Shown here piece by piece: positions 28,245 to 38,572 of a stretch of DNA of 64,000 nt (position 1 is the first letter of the stretch; each line of letters begins with the position of its first letter). Source of the stretch: a virus. The DNA is taken from positions 1 to 64,000 of the IMG/VR virus record IMGVR_UViG_3300017991_000077. One strand, given 5' to 3'. The notes beneath the pieces were generated by a model. It was not told the DNA's origin. It saw only the letters and a program-made list of their open reading frames with translations, and made no database searches. Both the position numbers and the translations under genes were made by a program.

Positions 28245-28949
28245 GTGAGTAGAGATAGCGATCATGATTTGCGGAATACTGGAGTATTAGCACCCTCAAA
28301 GATAGATGCATGGGTAGTCGACCAGTTTGGAAGAAGAGTGAAATATTCTTTTTGTGAAAAAACGAGGGCAAAGAAACAGTCTGATTGCGAAAGAGCAATG
28401 GAGAAGAAGGCGGACATTTCTTGGATTAAATTAAAAGATAAACAAATTGAAAAAGACCTCATGGAGATAAAAAGAATGTTCGATATTACTCGTGAAAAGG
28501 TAAGTCTTGCTCCAAAATCTATGGAAGTAACCGAATTAAGGACCGTGGTTTCCGATTGGTCTAAGTGGTTTCGTAGAAGTATGATCGGAGTAATTGTATT
28601 TCTCGTTACTACTGGAGGTGCGGCAATGTGGCAATATTCCGCATTATCCTCTAAAGTTGTAATTACACAGGGAGCCATGGACACTATATCGACAGATGTA
28701 AAGGAGATGCACGCAGGTCAGATTAGGTTTATGGACGAAATAAAAGAAGGTCAGAAGGAGATTCAAGAGTCTCAGGAACATCTTGAACGAAAGTTTGAAA
28801 TTGTATTGCTAAAGGGAGCAAGTCACAGAAGAAAACAGGAGAGTAGACATGTCAAAAACAAAAAACAAAAAATCGGACGTTCACAAAAAAGATCTAGAAG
28901 CAGTACCGTGCGCAGACTCTCAGCCGCCAGAGCTGCAGCCTCCCGCTAA
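28245..28949 (+). CDS. membrane-anchored coiled-coil hypothetical protein
   Basis: GTG 28245 after the baseplate J stop; one hydrophobic helix (IGVIVFLVTTGGAAMW) followed by coiled coil; start uncertain. Confidence 0.55.
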   Translation: MSRDSDHDLRNTGVLAPSKIDAWVVDQFGRRVKYSFCEKTRAKKQSDCERAMEKKADISWIKLKDKQIEKDLMEIKRMFDITREKVSLAPKSMEVTELRTVVSDWSKWFRRSMIGVIVFLVTTGGAAMWQYSALSSKVVITQGAMDTISTDVKEMHAGQIRFMDEIKEGQKEIQESQEHLERKFEIVLLKGASHRRKQESRHVKNKKQKIGRSQKRSRSSTVRRLSAARAAASR

Positions 28950-29109
28950 TCAAGGGCTTCCGGAGCGAATGATTCTAGTAACCGCTCAAGGGATCGAGTG
29001 GCGTGGATTCAACAGCACCTATGAGGTGTTGGGGTTTATAGATCTGCACATAAATCCAGTTGAGATGAAACAAGGAATCGTAGACGCAATTGCGAAGAAG
29101 GGGAGGTAG
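28849..29109 (+). CDS. hypothetical protein
   Basis: AGGAG RBS; overlaps the tail of the previous ORF. Confidence 0.6.
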   Translation: MSKTKNKKSDVHKKDLEAVPCADSQPPELQPPANQGLPERMILVTAQGIEWRGFNSTYEVLGFIDLHINPVEMKQGIVDAIAKKGR

Positions 29110-29265
29110 ATGCCAAGGATTTCTATAAGCTGGGTCGATTCTCCGGTAGCTGTAGCGGTTGAGGTTTTTGTTGATCTACTACTCGAGTCTATCGATACCC
29201 AGCTTGTAGAAGAGGTAAGCGAGCTTTCGGTAGTATCGGAAGTAGACACAGAATTAATCGAATAA
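29110..29265 (+). CDS. small acidic hypothetical protein (51 aa, MPRISISWVD...)
   Basis: GGAGG RBS; fills the gap exactly; read manually. Confidence 0.55.
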   Translation: MPRISISWVDSPVAVAVEVFVDLLLESIDTQLVEEVSELSVVSEVDTELIE

Positions 29266-29275
29266 GGAGTAAGGG

Positions 29276-29629
29276 ATGTCGGAAATACCAGTAGTTCTTA
29301 ATTTCATCACTAAGCGTCATTCTCGACGTCCTTACGTTCGCCTTCAGGTAAAAGATGCAGATGGAAACGCCTATGATTTGACCAGCGTTTTCAGTGTTCG
29401 ATTTCTTATGTACGACCTTGATGGAGTGCAGAAGGTAGATGCAGCCGGTTCCGTAGAATCTCCAGCTACGGCGGGAATTATAAAATACGAGTGGGCTGCA
29501 GCGGACGTAGATACTGCAGGGAATTACAACGCAGAGTTCGATCTTGATTGGGGAAGCGGTGTGGTTATGACTTTACCGTCAAATGGATTGATCCGAGTAC
29601 GAATTCATGAGGATTTGGATAATTCGTAG
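29276..29629 (+). CDS. BppU N-terminal-like Ig-fold virion protein
   Basis: DLT..SVRFLM...GIIKYEWAAADVDTAGNYNAEF.......TLPSNG.IRV.I. Confidence 0.75.
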   Translation: MSEIPVVLNFITKRHSRRPYVRLQVKDADGNAYDLTSVFSVRFLMYDLDGVQKVDAAGSVESPATAGIIKYEWAAADVDTAGNYNAEFDLDWGSGVVMTLPSNGLIRVRIHEDLDNS

Positions 29630-29648
29630 CGGCCAAGGAGGGCCTTAG

Positions 29649-32600
29649 ATGACTATCAGTATTGATGTAGTAATCGACGTTGCAGGAGAAGCTGCAGGAT
29701 CACCAGGAATAGCTAGAGAGTTTGCTTACTCAAAGGTAAGTCCTGCGCCTCCTTTAGTAACGCTTTCTTTGGCAGATACCACGGGAGTAACTTCGTATCA
29801 GTGGTCGATTATCGGGCAAACTGACGGGGCATCAGCAATTCTTTCGAGTGTTACGGCTGCGTCTCCGACCTTTACCCCGACAGCCAACGTTGCGGCCACA
29901 TATATCGTGGAATGTATTGTCAATAGTGGAGAAGCTTACGCCAGAAATGCTTTGGCGTTTTCTACCCAGTATCTGGGTCTTAGAAAACCAGCTCCAGGCG
30001 AGACGATACAGTTTGGATCGAGTTTTGGATGGGAAGAAGCTCTGTCCGAAGTAATCGAGGCGATAGATTTAACCACAGGATCTTTTCGAATACGAACAGT
30101 AATTGATTACGTGGATTGTACCGCAGCGCCTCCGACTGAGGTTATGGGGGATAGATATATTCTCGATCAAACCGTGGGAGCAGTTCACGCAGACTGGGAT
30201 GGCGCAGCTAAGCTTGACGTCGTGGAATTTAACGGGTCAGTTTGGGAGGCTTTTACTCCTTCCGAGGGTTGGATAGGATATGTCGATCTTAAAGACATGG
30301 ACTATCGATATATCGATGACGGTGTTCCTGATTGGGAGCCAGCACCACATGCAGGCTCCTTAGATCAGGCATACGATAATTTAGGCGCAGGTGCTGGTAG
30401 GTCGATCACAGCAGATAGTGGACCGGTCGAAATTACTGTTCCTGACACGACAAACGATGTTGGGCTTAAGGTAATCAATAATGATGACACGAATGATCCA
30501 TCAGCTTTAGAAATAGAAAATAATACTTCAAGCGGAACTAGTATAGAATTTACAGGATCGGGAGATGGAAGAATTATCGGAACGAATAGGGATGTAAGTT
30601 TTTCAGCTTCTAATTCTTCTGGTAGTAAGTATACAGCTTCTTTAGGTGCAGATGGTTCAGGTGCAGGAGACGTTTCTGCAATATTATTAGCTCTTGCTAC
30701 TGGTGCAGGAGATGCGGATGTCGAGATTATAGCAACTAGTATAGGTGCAGGTGCGGCTGGAGTTTCAATTAGTGCAGATGACTTGATAGATATTGATGCA
30801 GGTACTGCGCTATCTATTAATTCAAGTGGTGGGGTTATCAATATCGGTAATGACGCAGATGCACAAAATATCAATATGGGAACCGGTGCTGCAGCAAGAA
30901 CAATAACAATAGGTAATGCTACGGGTGCAACGGCTGTAGATCTCAAATCAGGTACTGGCGGTATAAATTTAAACGATGGTGTTGCACAGTTGGATCTAGA
31001 TGGAGCTGGAGCATTAACAGAAAATTCGTTGGTTAGTGCGGATATTACTCCTTCGGGAGCGTTGACTCTTCGAGGAGGGGGAGTCAGTCAATTTGGAGAT
31101 GATACTGGTTATTTTGATTTTGGTGGAACGGGAGCATTATCAACTTCGGGGATTACTACGGTAGATTTAGATTGTTCAGGTGCGCTATCTATTAATTCAA
31201 GTGGTGGGGTTCTCAATATTGGCAACGATGCAGATGCACAAAATATCAATATTGGAACGGGTGCTGCTGCAAGAACAATTACAATTGGCAATGCCACTGG
31301 TGCAACAGCTGTTGATATTCTATCTGGAACTGGCGGTATAAATTTAAACGATGGTATCGCACAGTTGGATCTAGATGGTGCTGGTGCTTTAACAGAGACG
31401 TCACTTGTCAGTGCGGATATAACTCCGTCGGGGGCGTTAACTCTTCGAGGTGGAGGAGTCAGTCAATTTGGTGATGACACAGGCTATTTTGCTTTTGGGG
31501 GAACTGGGGCATTGTCGACTTCCGGTATCACTACTATTGATTTAGATTGTTCTGGAGCACTTTCACTCAATTCAAGCGGCGGGGTTATCAATATCGGTAA
31601 TGACGCAGATGCACAAAACATAAATATTGGCACAGGAGCGGCTGCACGAACAATTACCGTTGGTAATGCTACGGGTGCGACAGGAGTGGCGATTAATACT
31701 GGGTCTGGTGGACTAGTGGTCACTTCTGGAGGAATATTGACTCTAGGAGGAACGACAGCTTGTACATTAACGGGCAGTTCTGTTTCTATTAATTCAAGTG
31801 CTAGTAATATAGATATTGGAACAAACGCACTTGCACAAAGTGTAAATATTGGAACGGGAGCTGGAGCTAAAGCGGTAACAGTAGGGAGTTTAACGACTAC
31901 ATCTTCTCTGGCGTTATTGGCTGGAACTGGTTTGATGTCTTTTGCGGATGGCTACAAAGCTGGTTCTACTTATTCATCTGATTTAGTTTTGTCGGATAGT
32001 AGTGCGGAATGGAGTAATTTTGAGACTCTATTCGGAGAAGTCAGTTTAGTGAATGCTGTCAATCAAGCAATGTCCGTAGTTAATACGGGTTTTGGGGGAA
32101 ATATTGATAGTGCTGCTACTACAGTTCAGGATGTTTTTGATGAATATGATAGAGAAGCATCCGAAAGAGAATGGGACGGGTCATTTGTAAATTCTTCACA
32201 CAAAATTGCCTCAACAAGGGGACAAGCTCAAGATGTTTTCAGTGTTTCACTTTTTGGTAGTTTTGTTACTTCGGGAACTTGCAATCTAACACCGGATGGA
32301 ACTTCAGGAACTGAATTAGATTTAGCAAACGATGCGGCTTATACTGGTAAGGGAATTATTCAAGCTGCAAGAGCAGATATGACTTCTGGTACTCCATTAG
32401 TAAAAAGTTGGGAAGTCAGCTTTACTGTATTCAATGATGGCGGGACTTTGCGATTAATTGGTTCTGATGTTAATGAGCTTCATTCAACCAATAATGGAAA
32501 TGAAAGTGATTGGGAAGTTTATCTAGATCTTAATCAAACAGATGAAGAATTGGAGATTATTGGGAAGTCTTCAACAAGTGTGGGAACGGGTTACACTTTA

Positions 32601-32660
32601 GCTTTTCAAGGTGGTTTTCGAATTGAGAAACTAGATACTTCGTTGCTCGTGGGACCATAA
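29649..32660 (+). CDS. large fibre-like virion protein (PKD-like N-terminus, DUF2793-like domain, 125-aa repeats)
   Basis: SYQWSI...SPTFTP; APP....GDRYI...W..FTPSEGW..YV; tandem Gly/Thr-rich repeats. Confidence 0.75.
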   Translation: MTISIDVVIDVAGEAAGSPGIAREFAYSKVSPAPPLVTLSLADTTGVTSYQWSIIGQTDGASAILSSVTAASPTFTPTANVAATYIVECIVNSGEAYARNALAFSTQYLGLRKPAPGETIQFGSSFGWEEALSEVIEAIDLTTGSFRIRTVIDYVDCTAAPPTEVMGDRYILDQTVGAVHADWDGAAKLDVVEFNGSVWEAFTPSEGWIGYVDLKDMDYRYIDDGVPDWEPAPHAGSLDQAYDNLGAGAGRSITADSGPVEITVPDTTNDVGLKVINNDDTNDPSALEIENNTSSGTSIEFTGSGDGRIIGTNRDVSFSASNSSGSKYTASLGADGSGAGDVSAILLALATGAGDADVEIIATSIGAGAAGVSISADDLIDIDAGTALSINSSGGVINIGNDADAQNINMGTGAAARTITIGNATGATAVDLKSGTGGINLNDGVAQLDLDGAGALTENSLVSADITPSGALTLRGGGVSQFGDDTGYFDFGGTGALSTSGITTVDLDCSGALSINSSGGVLNIGNDADAQNINIGTGAAARTITIGNATGATAVDILSGTGGINLNDGIAQLDLDGAGALTETSLVSADITPSGALTLRGGGVSQFGDDTGYFAFGGTGALSTSGITTIDLDCSGALSLNSSGGVINIGNDADAQNINIGTGAAARTITVGNATGATGVAINTGSGGLVVTSGGILTLGGTTACTLTGSSVSINSSASNIDIGTNALAQSVNIGTGAGAKAVTVGSLTTTSSLALLAGTGLMSFADGYKAGSTYSSDLVLSDSSAEWSNFETLFGEVSLVNAVNQAMSVVNTGFGGNIDSAATTVQDVFDEYDREASEREWDGSFVNSSHKIASTRGQAQDVFSVSLFGSFVTSGTCNLTPDGTSGTELDLANDAAYTGKGIIQAARADMTSGTPLVKSWEVSFTVFNDGGTLRLIGSDVNELHSTNNGNESDWEVYLDLNQTDEELEIIGKSSTSVGTGYTLAFQGGFRIEKLDTSLLVGP
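30807..31710 (+). repeat. intragenic 375-bp (125-aa) tandem repeat, two full copies plus a partial third
   Basis: ALSINSSGGV.NIGNDADAQNIN.GTGAAARTIT.GNATGAT starts at 30807, 31182 and 31557. Confidence 0.9.
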
Positions 32661-32669
32661 GGAGTCAAG

Positions 32670-35432
32670 ATGACTAGTATCAATAACGTAGTTAAATGTC
32701 TGGCTAAAGGGGTATTTTCTACTACCGATGCAACAGCTACAGATATTGAAGTTAAAAACAATCTTGCGGAAATGTTACCCGAAAGTAACGATGAAGCAGT
32801 TGTTAGAGTGGCTTGTAAAGTAACGGCTAGAAATAGACATTTTGCAGCTATTGCTTACTATTTTGAAGTTCATGCGTTATTTGAATACAATCGATTTGAG
32901 AATAACGAATTTCATCAAATTGGAACGGCTACTTCAACCACGCATTCAGAACCCGCTTCATCTGTTTTAACGTGTACAATGAATGATGATAATAGTGATA
33001 TAAGCTTACAGATTGCAGGTGAAGCCGGTGAAACTTTCGATTGGAATTACGAAGCGCAAATAAACGCAGCGGTAATAGATGAACATTTGGATTGGCTTAC
33101 TTTTCAAATTTTTGACGGATTGAGTGGAGTTGCAAATTTAGATGAAGATATTGAAGTAAATGGAACAACCGTTTCTCCTACTTTTGTTTATTATGGTGGC
33201 GATGCAACCAATAGTGATTGGACTGCACAAGTAGGAGAAACTTTAACAAAAATTGCTGGAACACCTACACTTAACGATGGTTCGCCTTGTTTGGGAAGTG
33301 ATGACGATTCAGTATTGTGTGACGGTAGCACTTATTATCAAGATTCTGGTTCAAGTTTCGGTGATATTGGAACAAATGACGTTATATTTATGGGATTAAT
33401 TAAAGGAGGTTCGTCTAAATATCTTGCATCAAAAAGAGATGGGTCTAGTGAAGGTTGGAATATATCTTGTACGGGAACAAGAATAGCTTTAGTGATGGAA
33501 GATGGTTCCACTAATACTGCTACGGTATATGGGGCGTCTAATTCGTTTTTAGACGGTGAGTGGGGATTTTTTGTTATCTGTATCGATAGAGATGAAGCGA
33601 GTGTAAACGGTTCATCTATAATAACAAATGGATCATTGACTGGTACTGGAGTAGATTTTTCTAGTGTTGGGGATGCTGATAGTACAGTTAGTCTTACTTT
33701 TGGTGCTACTACTACAGGCACTAGTGGATTTGATTCTAACATAGCTTATTTTGCCATGTATCAGGGTGCCGATTTGTTTCCTGGTGGAAGTCTTAATGTT
33801 GAAATTTTTGAAAATTTAGCTGCTAAAAGGTTTGCTCAAGTATCCGGAAGGTACCCACAGAATTTTACGCATGATACCGTAATAACAGATGGAGATTGTG
33901 AAGCTGTTGGAACAGGCGATTGGAATGTTTTAGATTCTACCCTTTCTAAAGATACTACAGCTCCTTTATACGAAGGGACGCAGCATTTAAGAATAACTTC
34001 CACAACGGATAGTTTTTATGCTTATCAGTCAATTACTATATCAGGACATAAATATAGAGTAACTGGAGTAGCTAGATCTGTAAGCGGTTCAGCAATTCCT
34101 CAAGTTTATAGATCAGTTGGTGAAGTATGGGGTGGAACATCTTCAACGGATTGGCAAGAATTCGATGAAACTTTTGTAGCTTCAGCAACAAATTTATTTT
34201 TTGGTAGTAGTAGCAGTCATCCTGGGGTCGTTGATTTTGACGATATTACGGTCACAAGAGTTGACGAGCTTCCAATAGTCGCAACACGAGCATTTGCAGC
34301 TTACTTAGACAAAATCGAAAGTGACGGAACAAGAAAACTTTATTACGTTGGTTCCGAATGGTTAAGGCAATGCTATCGTAATGATGGGACGTATGACGTT
34401 TATGGATATTTGCCAGAAGCTCAGAGTACAAATCAGATATCTTATTCACAGGAATTAGACAATGCTGCTTGGGTACAGGTAAATATTGCATCAATTGATG
34501 TAGATGCAATTACTGCTCCTGATGGAACAACAACAGCGGATGGGTTGATTTCCGACGGTACATCCGGCAATCATACTGTGCATGATGTAGTGGCTACGAG
34601 TGCTGGTACAGATACTTTTTCATTTTGGGCAAAAAAGGGTGATAGCGTTTATGATTGGGTTAGAGGTTATATCACTACCATTGGCGCTTCTTGTTTCTTT
34701 GATTTAGATGCTGGAGTTGTTGGAACATCAGCAAATTGCACTGGTTACATAGAAAATTGGGGAAATGGTTGGTTTCGATGTATTCTTGTTTTTACTGGTG
34801 ATGGATCTAGTAGACATGCATATATCTATTCAGCAGAAGCTGACGGGGATGCTACTTTCTCAGGCAATAGCTCAGATGTTGACACTTATATTTGGGGTAT
34901 TCAATACGAACAAGGGATGGATTACGCTTCGAGTTATATCCCGACGTCTGGCGGAACGAGCACAAGACTTGCTGATCAATTGCGCCATAAAGGCGATGAT
35001 GGAAACATTACAGATAACGGACAAGGAGCGGTTGTTTGTGATTTTTATTTAGAGAATTACGATACTCAAAACACTAAAAGAATTATGTCCTTCAATGATG
35101 GTGGCGCAGCGGCAGATAGAATTAGTGCGTATGCGAGTAGTTCTAGCGACGTACTAGCAGGGCAAACTGCGGCAACAGCCGGAAATGCTGGTTTTTCTTC
35201 AACTGTAGGGGATATTAGTGATGGTTCTAAGCATACAGCAAGATTAGTATGGAAAACTGATCTTCTTACTGCATATTTAGATGGTGTTCCGGATGCTTCT
35301 CCAGATATATCTTGCGATATACCAGATGATATTGATCGAATCGAGATAGGATCTAGTTACGCTTTAGGCACTCAATTTTCTGGCTTACTTCGGAATCTTA
35401 GAATTTATAATACTCCAATTACTAGAGGATAA
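32670..35432 (+). CDS. LamG/ConA-like plus carbohydrate-binding-module receptor-binding or spike protein A
   Basis: LamG-like segments; CBM4/9-like DGDCE...VDFDDITV; spike-type APDGT..AD, NGWFRC, IWGIQYEQG...SSYIPT.G...TR.AD. Confidence 0.75.
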   Translation: MTSINNVVKCLAKGVFSTTDATATDIEVKNNLAEMLPESNDEAVVRVACKVTARNRHFAAIAYYFEVHALFEYNRFENNEFHQIGTATSTTHSEPASSVLTCTMNDDNSDISLQIAGEAGETFDWNYEAQINAAVIDEHLDWLTFQIFDGLSGVANLDEDIEVNGTTVSPTFVYYGGDATNSDWTAQVGETLTKIAGTPTLNDGSPCLGSDDDSVLCDGSTYYQDSGSSFGDIGTNDVIFMGLIKGGSSKYLASKRDGSSEGWNISCTGTRIALVMEDGSTNTATVYGASNSFLDGEWGFFVICIDRDEASVNGSSIITNGSLTGTGVDFSSVGDADSTVSLTFGATTTGTSGFDSNIAYFAMYQGADLFPGGSLNVEIFENLAAKRFAQVSGRYPQNFTHDTVITDGDCEAVGTGDWNVLDSTLSKDTTAPLYEGTQHLRITSTTDSFYAYQSITISGHKYRVTGVARSVSGSAIPQVYRSVGEVWGGTSSTDWQEFDETFVASATNLFFGSSSSHPGVVDFDDITVTRVDELPIVATRAFAAYLDKIESDGTRKLYYVGSEWLRQCYRNDGTYDVYGYLPEAQSTNQISYSQELDNAAWVQVNIASIDVDAITAPDGTTTADGLISDGTSGNHTVHDVVATSAGTDTFSFWAKKGDSVYDWVRGYITTIGASCFFDLDAGVVGTSANCTGYIENWGNGWFRCILVFTGDGSSRHAYIYSAEADGDATFSGNSSDVDTYIWGIQYEQGMDYASSYIPTSGGTSTRLADQLRHKGDDGNITDNGQGAVVCDFYLENYDTQNTKRIMSFNDGGAAADRISAYASSSSDVLAGQTAATAGNAGFSSTVGDISDGSKHTARLVWKTDLLTAYLDGVPDASPDISCDIPDDIDRIEIGSSYALGTQFSGLLRNLRIYNTPITRG

Positions 35433-35434
35433 TC

Positions 35435-38400
35435 ATGGAACCAGTTATCCACAAAATGAATTTGAAAGGGCAGTTTGAAACTTCAGACGCCACACCAACG
35501 ACATCAGCTTTAGAGAATTCTATTGCAACGATGTTTTCCGGAGAAGAAGGCGTTATCAGAGTTTCGTGCAAGGTATCTGCATATAATAAGGCTTCGTATG
35601 GTGAGGATTATTATTTTGGTTCCGAAACGACTTATATGTACAACCAACATGGTAATAACGAATTCGATCAAATAGATTCGAGTTCAGACACCACGTATTC
35701 AGAGACGGCAACTTCAGCTTTATCTTTTTCATTGGATGATACTGATGATGTTATTTCGATGGCATATACTGGTGAAGCTGGTGAAGATTTTATTTGGGAA
35801 TATGAAGCTGAAATAGAATTATTTGTTGGAAGTTTGCAAGATTGGTTGGATTTGTATTTAACCTTTCAAATATTCGATGGAAGAAGTGGAGTTGCAAATC
35901 TAGATGAAGATATTGAAGTAAATGGAACAACCGTTTCTCCTACTTTTGTTTATTATGGCGGCGATGCTGATGGAACAAATTGGATTCCAAGAACTGGCGG
36001 ACAGACTTTAACGTTAACAGCAACACCAGTTCCAACTTACAACGATGGTTCACCTTGTCTTGGAACAAATGATGATTCGGTTAAATTTAATGATGGTGGA
36101 TTTTACGATGGTACTGATAACGACGTTGCAACTGAAGACTTTGTTATTGAGGTTTTATTTAAACATCAGGCTGATGCAGGAAGATACCTTATAAGCACTT
36201 ACGATGGATCTACCGGATATATTCTTTATACAAATTCAGATAATGCACGGCTTTATATAGAAGATAGTGGTGGAAGTTCAACGCTTAATACAGGTGCTGT
36301 ATTAACTCCAGGTTGTTGGTATTATTTATTAGCATATGTCAATCGGGATGAAGCAAGCGTTAATGGTAGTTTTTTCTATATTAATGGGGTTGCTGTAGGT
36401 TCCGGAAAAGATTCTTCAGCAGTTACTGGAACATTAAACACTAATGAATTTCAGCTTGGAGCTTCTTATCTAGGATCAGCCAAATCAACTTGTAATTTAG
36501 CTTATTGTTCGATGTGGAAATATTCCGATTTGTTCTCAGCAGGTGCTCAAGGTGAAGCAGAAGCGGCTAATTTAGCGGCGAGTAGATTTGCTCAAGTATC
36601 TGGTCGTTATCCTCAAGTTTTTACGCACGATGATGTTTTAATTGATGGAGACATGGAAGCAAGTCCTATAGAGGTTATTGTTGATGGAGATTGTGAAGCT
36701 GTTGGAACAGGTGATTGGACTGCGACAGATGCTACGCTTTCAAAAGATACGACAGCTCCTTTGAATGAAGGTACCCAACATCTTAGAATAACTTCAACAG
36801 CTAATACTTTTTGGGCATCACAGACAATCTTAACAGTAGGAAAAACATATAGAGTAACTGGATCAGCTAGATCGGCTGGTAGTTCGGCAATTCCAAAAAT
36901 TAATTCTGTTGGAACTGTTTGGACGGGAACAACAAGTACTGATTGGCAGGATTTTAATGAAATTTTTGTAGCTACAGGTACTGTTATTTATTTTGGAAGT
37001 AGTAGTACACATCCTGGAATTGTAGATTTTGATAACATACAGGTACTAGAACAAGACGGGGATTGGACTGTTACCACAGCAACCCTATCTAAAGATACAA
37101 CTGCTCCATTATACGAAGGTACACAGCATTTAAGACTTACTTATTTGTCAGCTTTTAATGGATATGCTCAACAAGCAATTCAAATAGTAGGTCATAAATA
37201 CCGAGTTACAGGTGTAGCTCGAAGTGACGGAACAGGAATTCCAAAAATAAGTGAGATAGGTGCTACCCATTGGACTGGTACTACTTCCACGTCTTGGCAA
37301 CCTTTTGATATAACATATGTTGCGTTAACCACAGCTCTTAGACTTCAAGGCGGAACTTTAAGTGCAGGTGTATATGTCGAGTTTGACGATGTTACAGTTA
37401 CACGTGTCGATGAGCTTCCAATAGTTGCAACAAGAGCTTTTGCAGCTTATCTAGATAAAATCGAATCAGATGGAACAAGAAAACTTTATTACGTTGGTTC
37501 CGAATGGTTAAGGCAGTGTCATCGAAATGATGGGACATACGACATTTATGGGTATTTAGCTGAAGCTGCAAGTACAAATCAGGTTGATTATTCAGAAGAT
37601 ATTGACAACGTTGCATGGACGCCAACGCAGGCAACCTTTCATGCAACTAAAATTGCTGCTCCAAATGGTGTCGAAAATGCAATAGGCATGGTTGCAAGTT
37701 CTGTCGCTGGTAATCATGCAATACAAGATAGTATCACGTCTAGCGCTGGTACTGATACCGTGTCATTTTGGGCCAAAAAAGGTAATCAAGACTGGGTGCT
37801 CGGGTATTATGGGCTAGGTGCGGCGGCTCAATGTTATTTTGATTTAGATAACGGCGTTGTTGAAGGTACTCCAGTTAATTGCATTGGATACATAGAAGAT
37901 TGGGGGGATGACTGGTTCCGTTGTATTATGGTCTTTACAGGTGATGGTGCTGCCCACTCGTTTTATGTATTTTGCGCCGAAAATGACGGGGACACGTCTT
38001 TCTCTGGCGACGATTCTACAGTTTCGACATATGTATGGGGTGTTCAATACGAACAAGGAAGAGATTACGCGACTAGTTATATCCCAACTTCAGGTGGAGT
38101 TAGTACTCGACTTAAAGACCAATTAGAATTTAAGGGTGATGATGGGAATATTACTAACAACCAACAAGGCTCTATAGTTGCTAACATTTTACATCCTGAT
38201 AAAACTCCAATAGATGCCGGTTGGATATATTCATTGAGTGATGGTGCTGCTTCAGCTGATAGAATATACGGATTTACTACCAGTTCAGAACATTATATTT
38301 GTAGTATGCTTGCTTCTGTAGGAAATGCAGGAGCATCTGCGGGTACTGTTGATGTTTTTGACGGTATAATTCATACAATAAGGGGTAGATGGGAAATTGA

Positions 38401-38569
38401 TAATTTAATTGGTAGAACTGATGAAACAGATGCTACTGCAGATATTGATTGTGGAGTACCAGACGATATAGACAAAATAGCTATAGGTAACAATAGACTT
38501 ATGACCAATCAGTTTGGTGGTTTGATAGAAAATTTAAGAATTTATAATATTCCAACAACAAAGGGGTAA
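35435..38569 (+). CDS. LamG/CBM receptor-binding or spike protein B (paralog of A with an extra CBM)
   Basis: Colinear with 32670-35432 and shares near-identical blocks. Confidence 0.75.
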   Translation: MEPVIHKMNLKGQFETSDATPTTSALENSIATMFSGEEGVIRVSCKVSAYNKASYGEDYYFGSETTYMYNQHGNNEFDQIDSSSDTTYSETATSALSFSLDDTDDVISMAYTGEAGEDFIWEYEAEIELFVGSLQDWLDLYLTFQIFDGRSGVANLDEDIEVNGTTVSPTFVYYGGDADGTNWIPRTGGQTLTLTATPVPTYNDGSPCLGTNDDSVKFNDGGFYDGTDNDVATEDFVIEVLFKHQADAGRYLISTYDGSTGYILYTNSDNARLYIEDSGGSSTLNTGAVLTPGCWYYLLAYVNRDEASVNGSFFYINGVAVGSGKDSSAVTGTLNTNEFQLGASYLGSAKSTCNLAYCSMWKYSDLFSAGAQGEAEAANLAASRFAQVSGRYPQVFTHDDVLIDGDMEASPIEVIVDGDCEAVGTGDWTATDATLSKDTTAPLNEGTQHLRITSTANTFWASQTILTVGKTYRVTGSARSAGSSAIPKINSVGTVWTGTTSTDWQDFNEIFVATGTVIYFGSSSTHPGIVDFDNIQVLEQDGDWTVTTATLSKDTTAPLYEGTQHLRLTYLSAFNGYAQQAIQIVGHKYRVTGVARSDGTGIPKISEIGATHWTGTTSTSWQPFDITYVALTTALRLQGGTLSAGVYVEFDDVTVTRVDELPIVATRAFAAYLDKIESDGTRKLYYVGSEWLRQCHRNDGTYDIYGYLAEAASTNQVDYSEDIDNVAWTPTQATFHATKIAAPNGVENAIGMVASSVAGNHAIQDSITSSAGTDTVSFWAKKGNQDWVLGYYGLGAAAQCYFDLDNGVVEGTPVNCIGYIEDWGDDWFRCIMVFTGDGAAHSFYVFCAENDGDTSFSGDDSTVSTYVWGVQYEQGRDYATSYIPTSGGVSTRLKDQLEFKGDDGNITNNQQGSIVANILHPDKTPIDAGWIYSLSDGAASADRIYGFTTSSEHYICSMLASVGNAGASAGTVDVFDGIIHTIRGRWEIDNLIGRTDETDATADIDCGVPDDIDKIAIGNNRLMTNQFGGLIENLRIYNIPTTKG

Positions 38570-38572
38570 GTT

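Noticed and set aside
32670-38569. Diversity-generating retroelement acting on the fibre paralogs
   Set aside because: No reverse transcriptase in the window, both copies are intact genes, and differences are not adenine-specific
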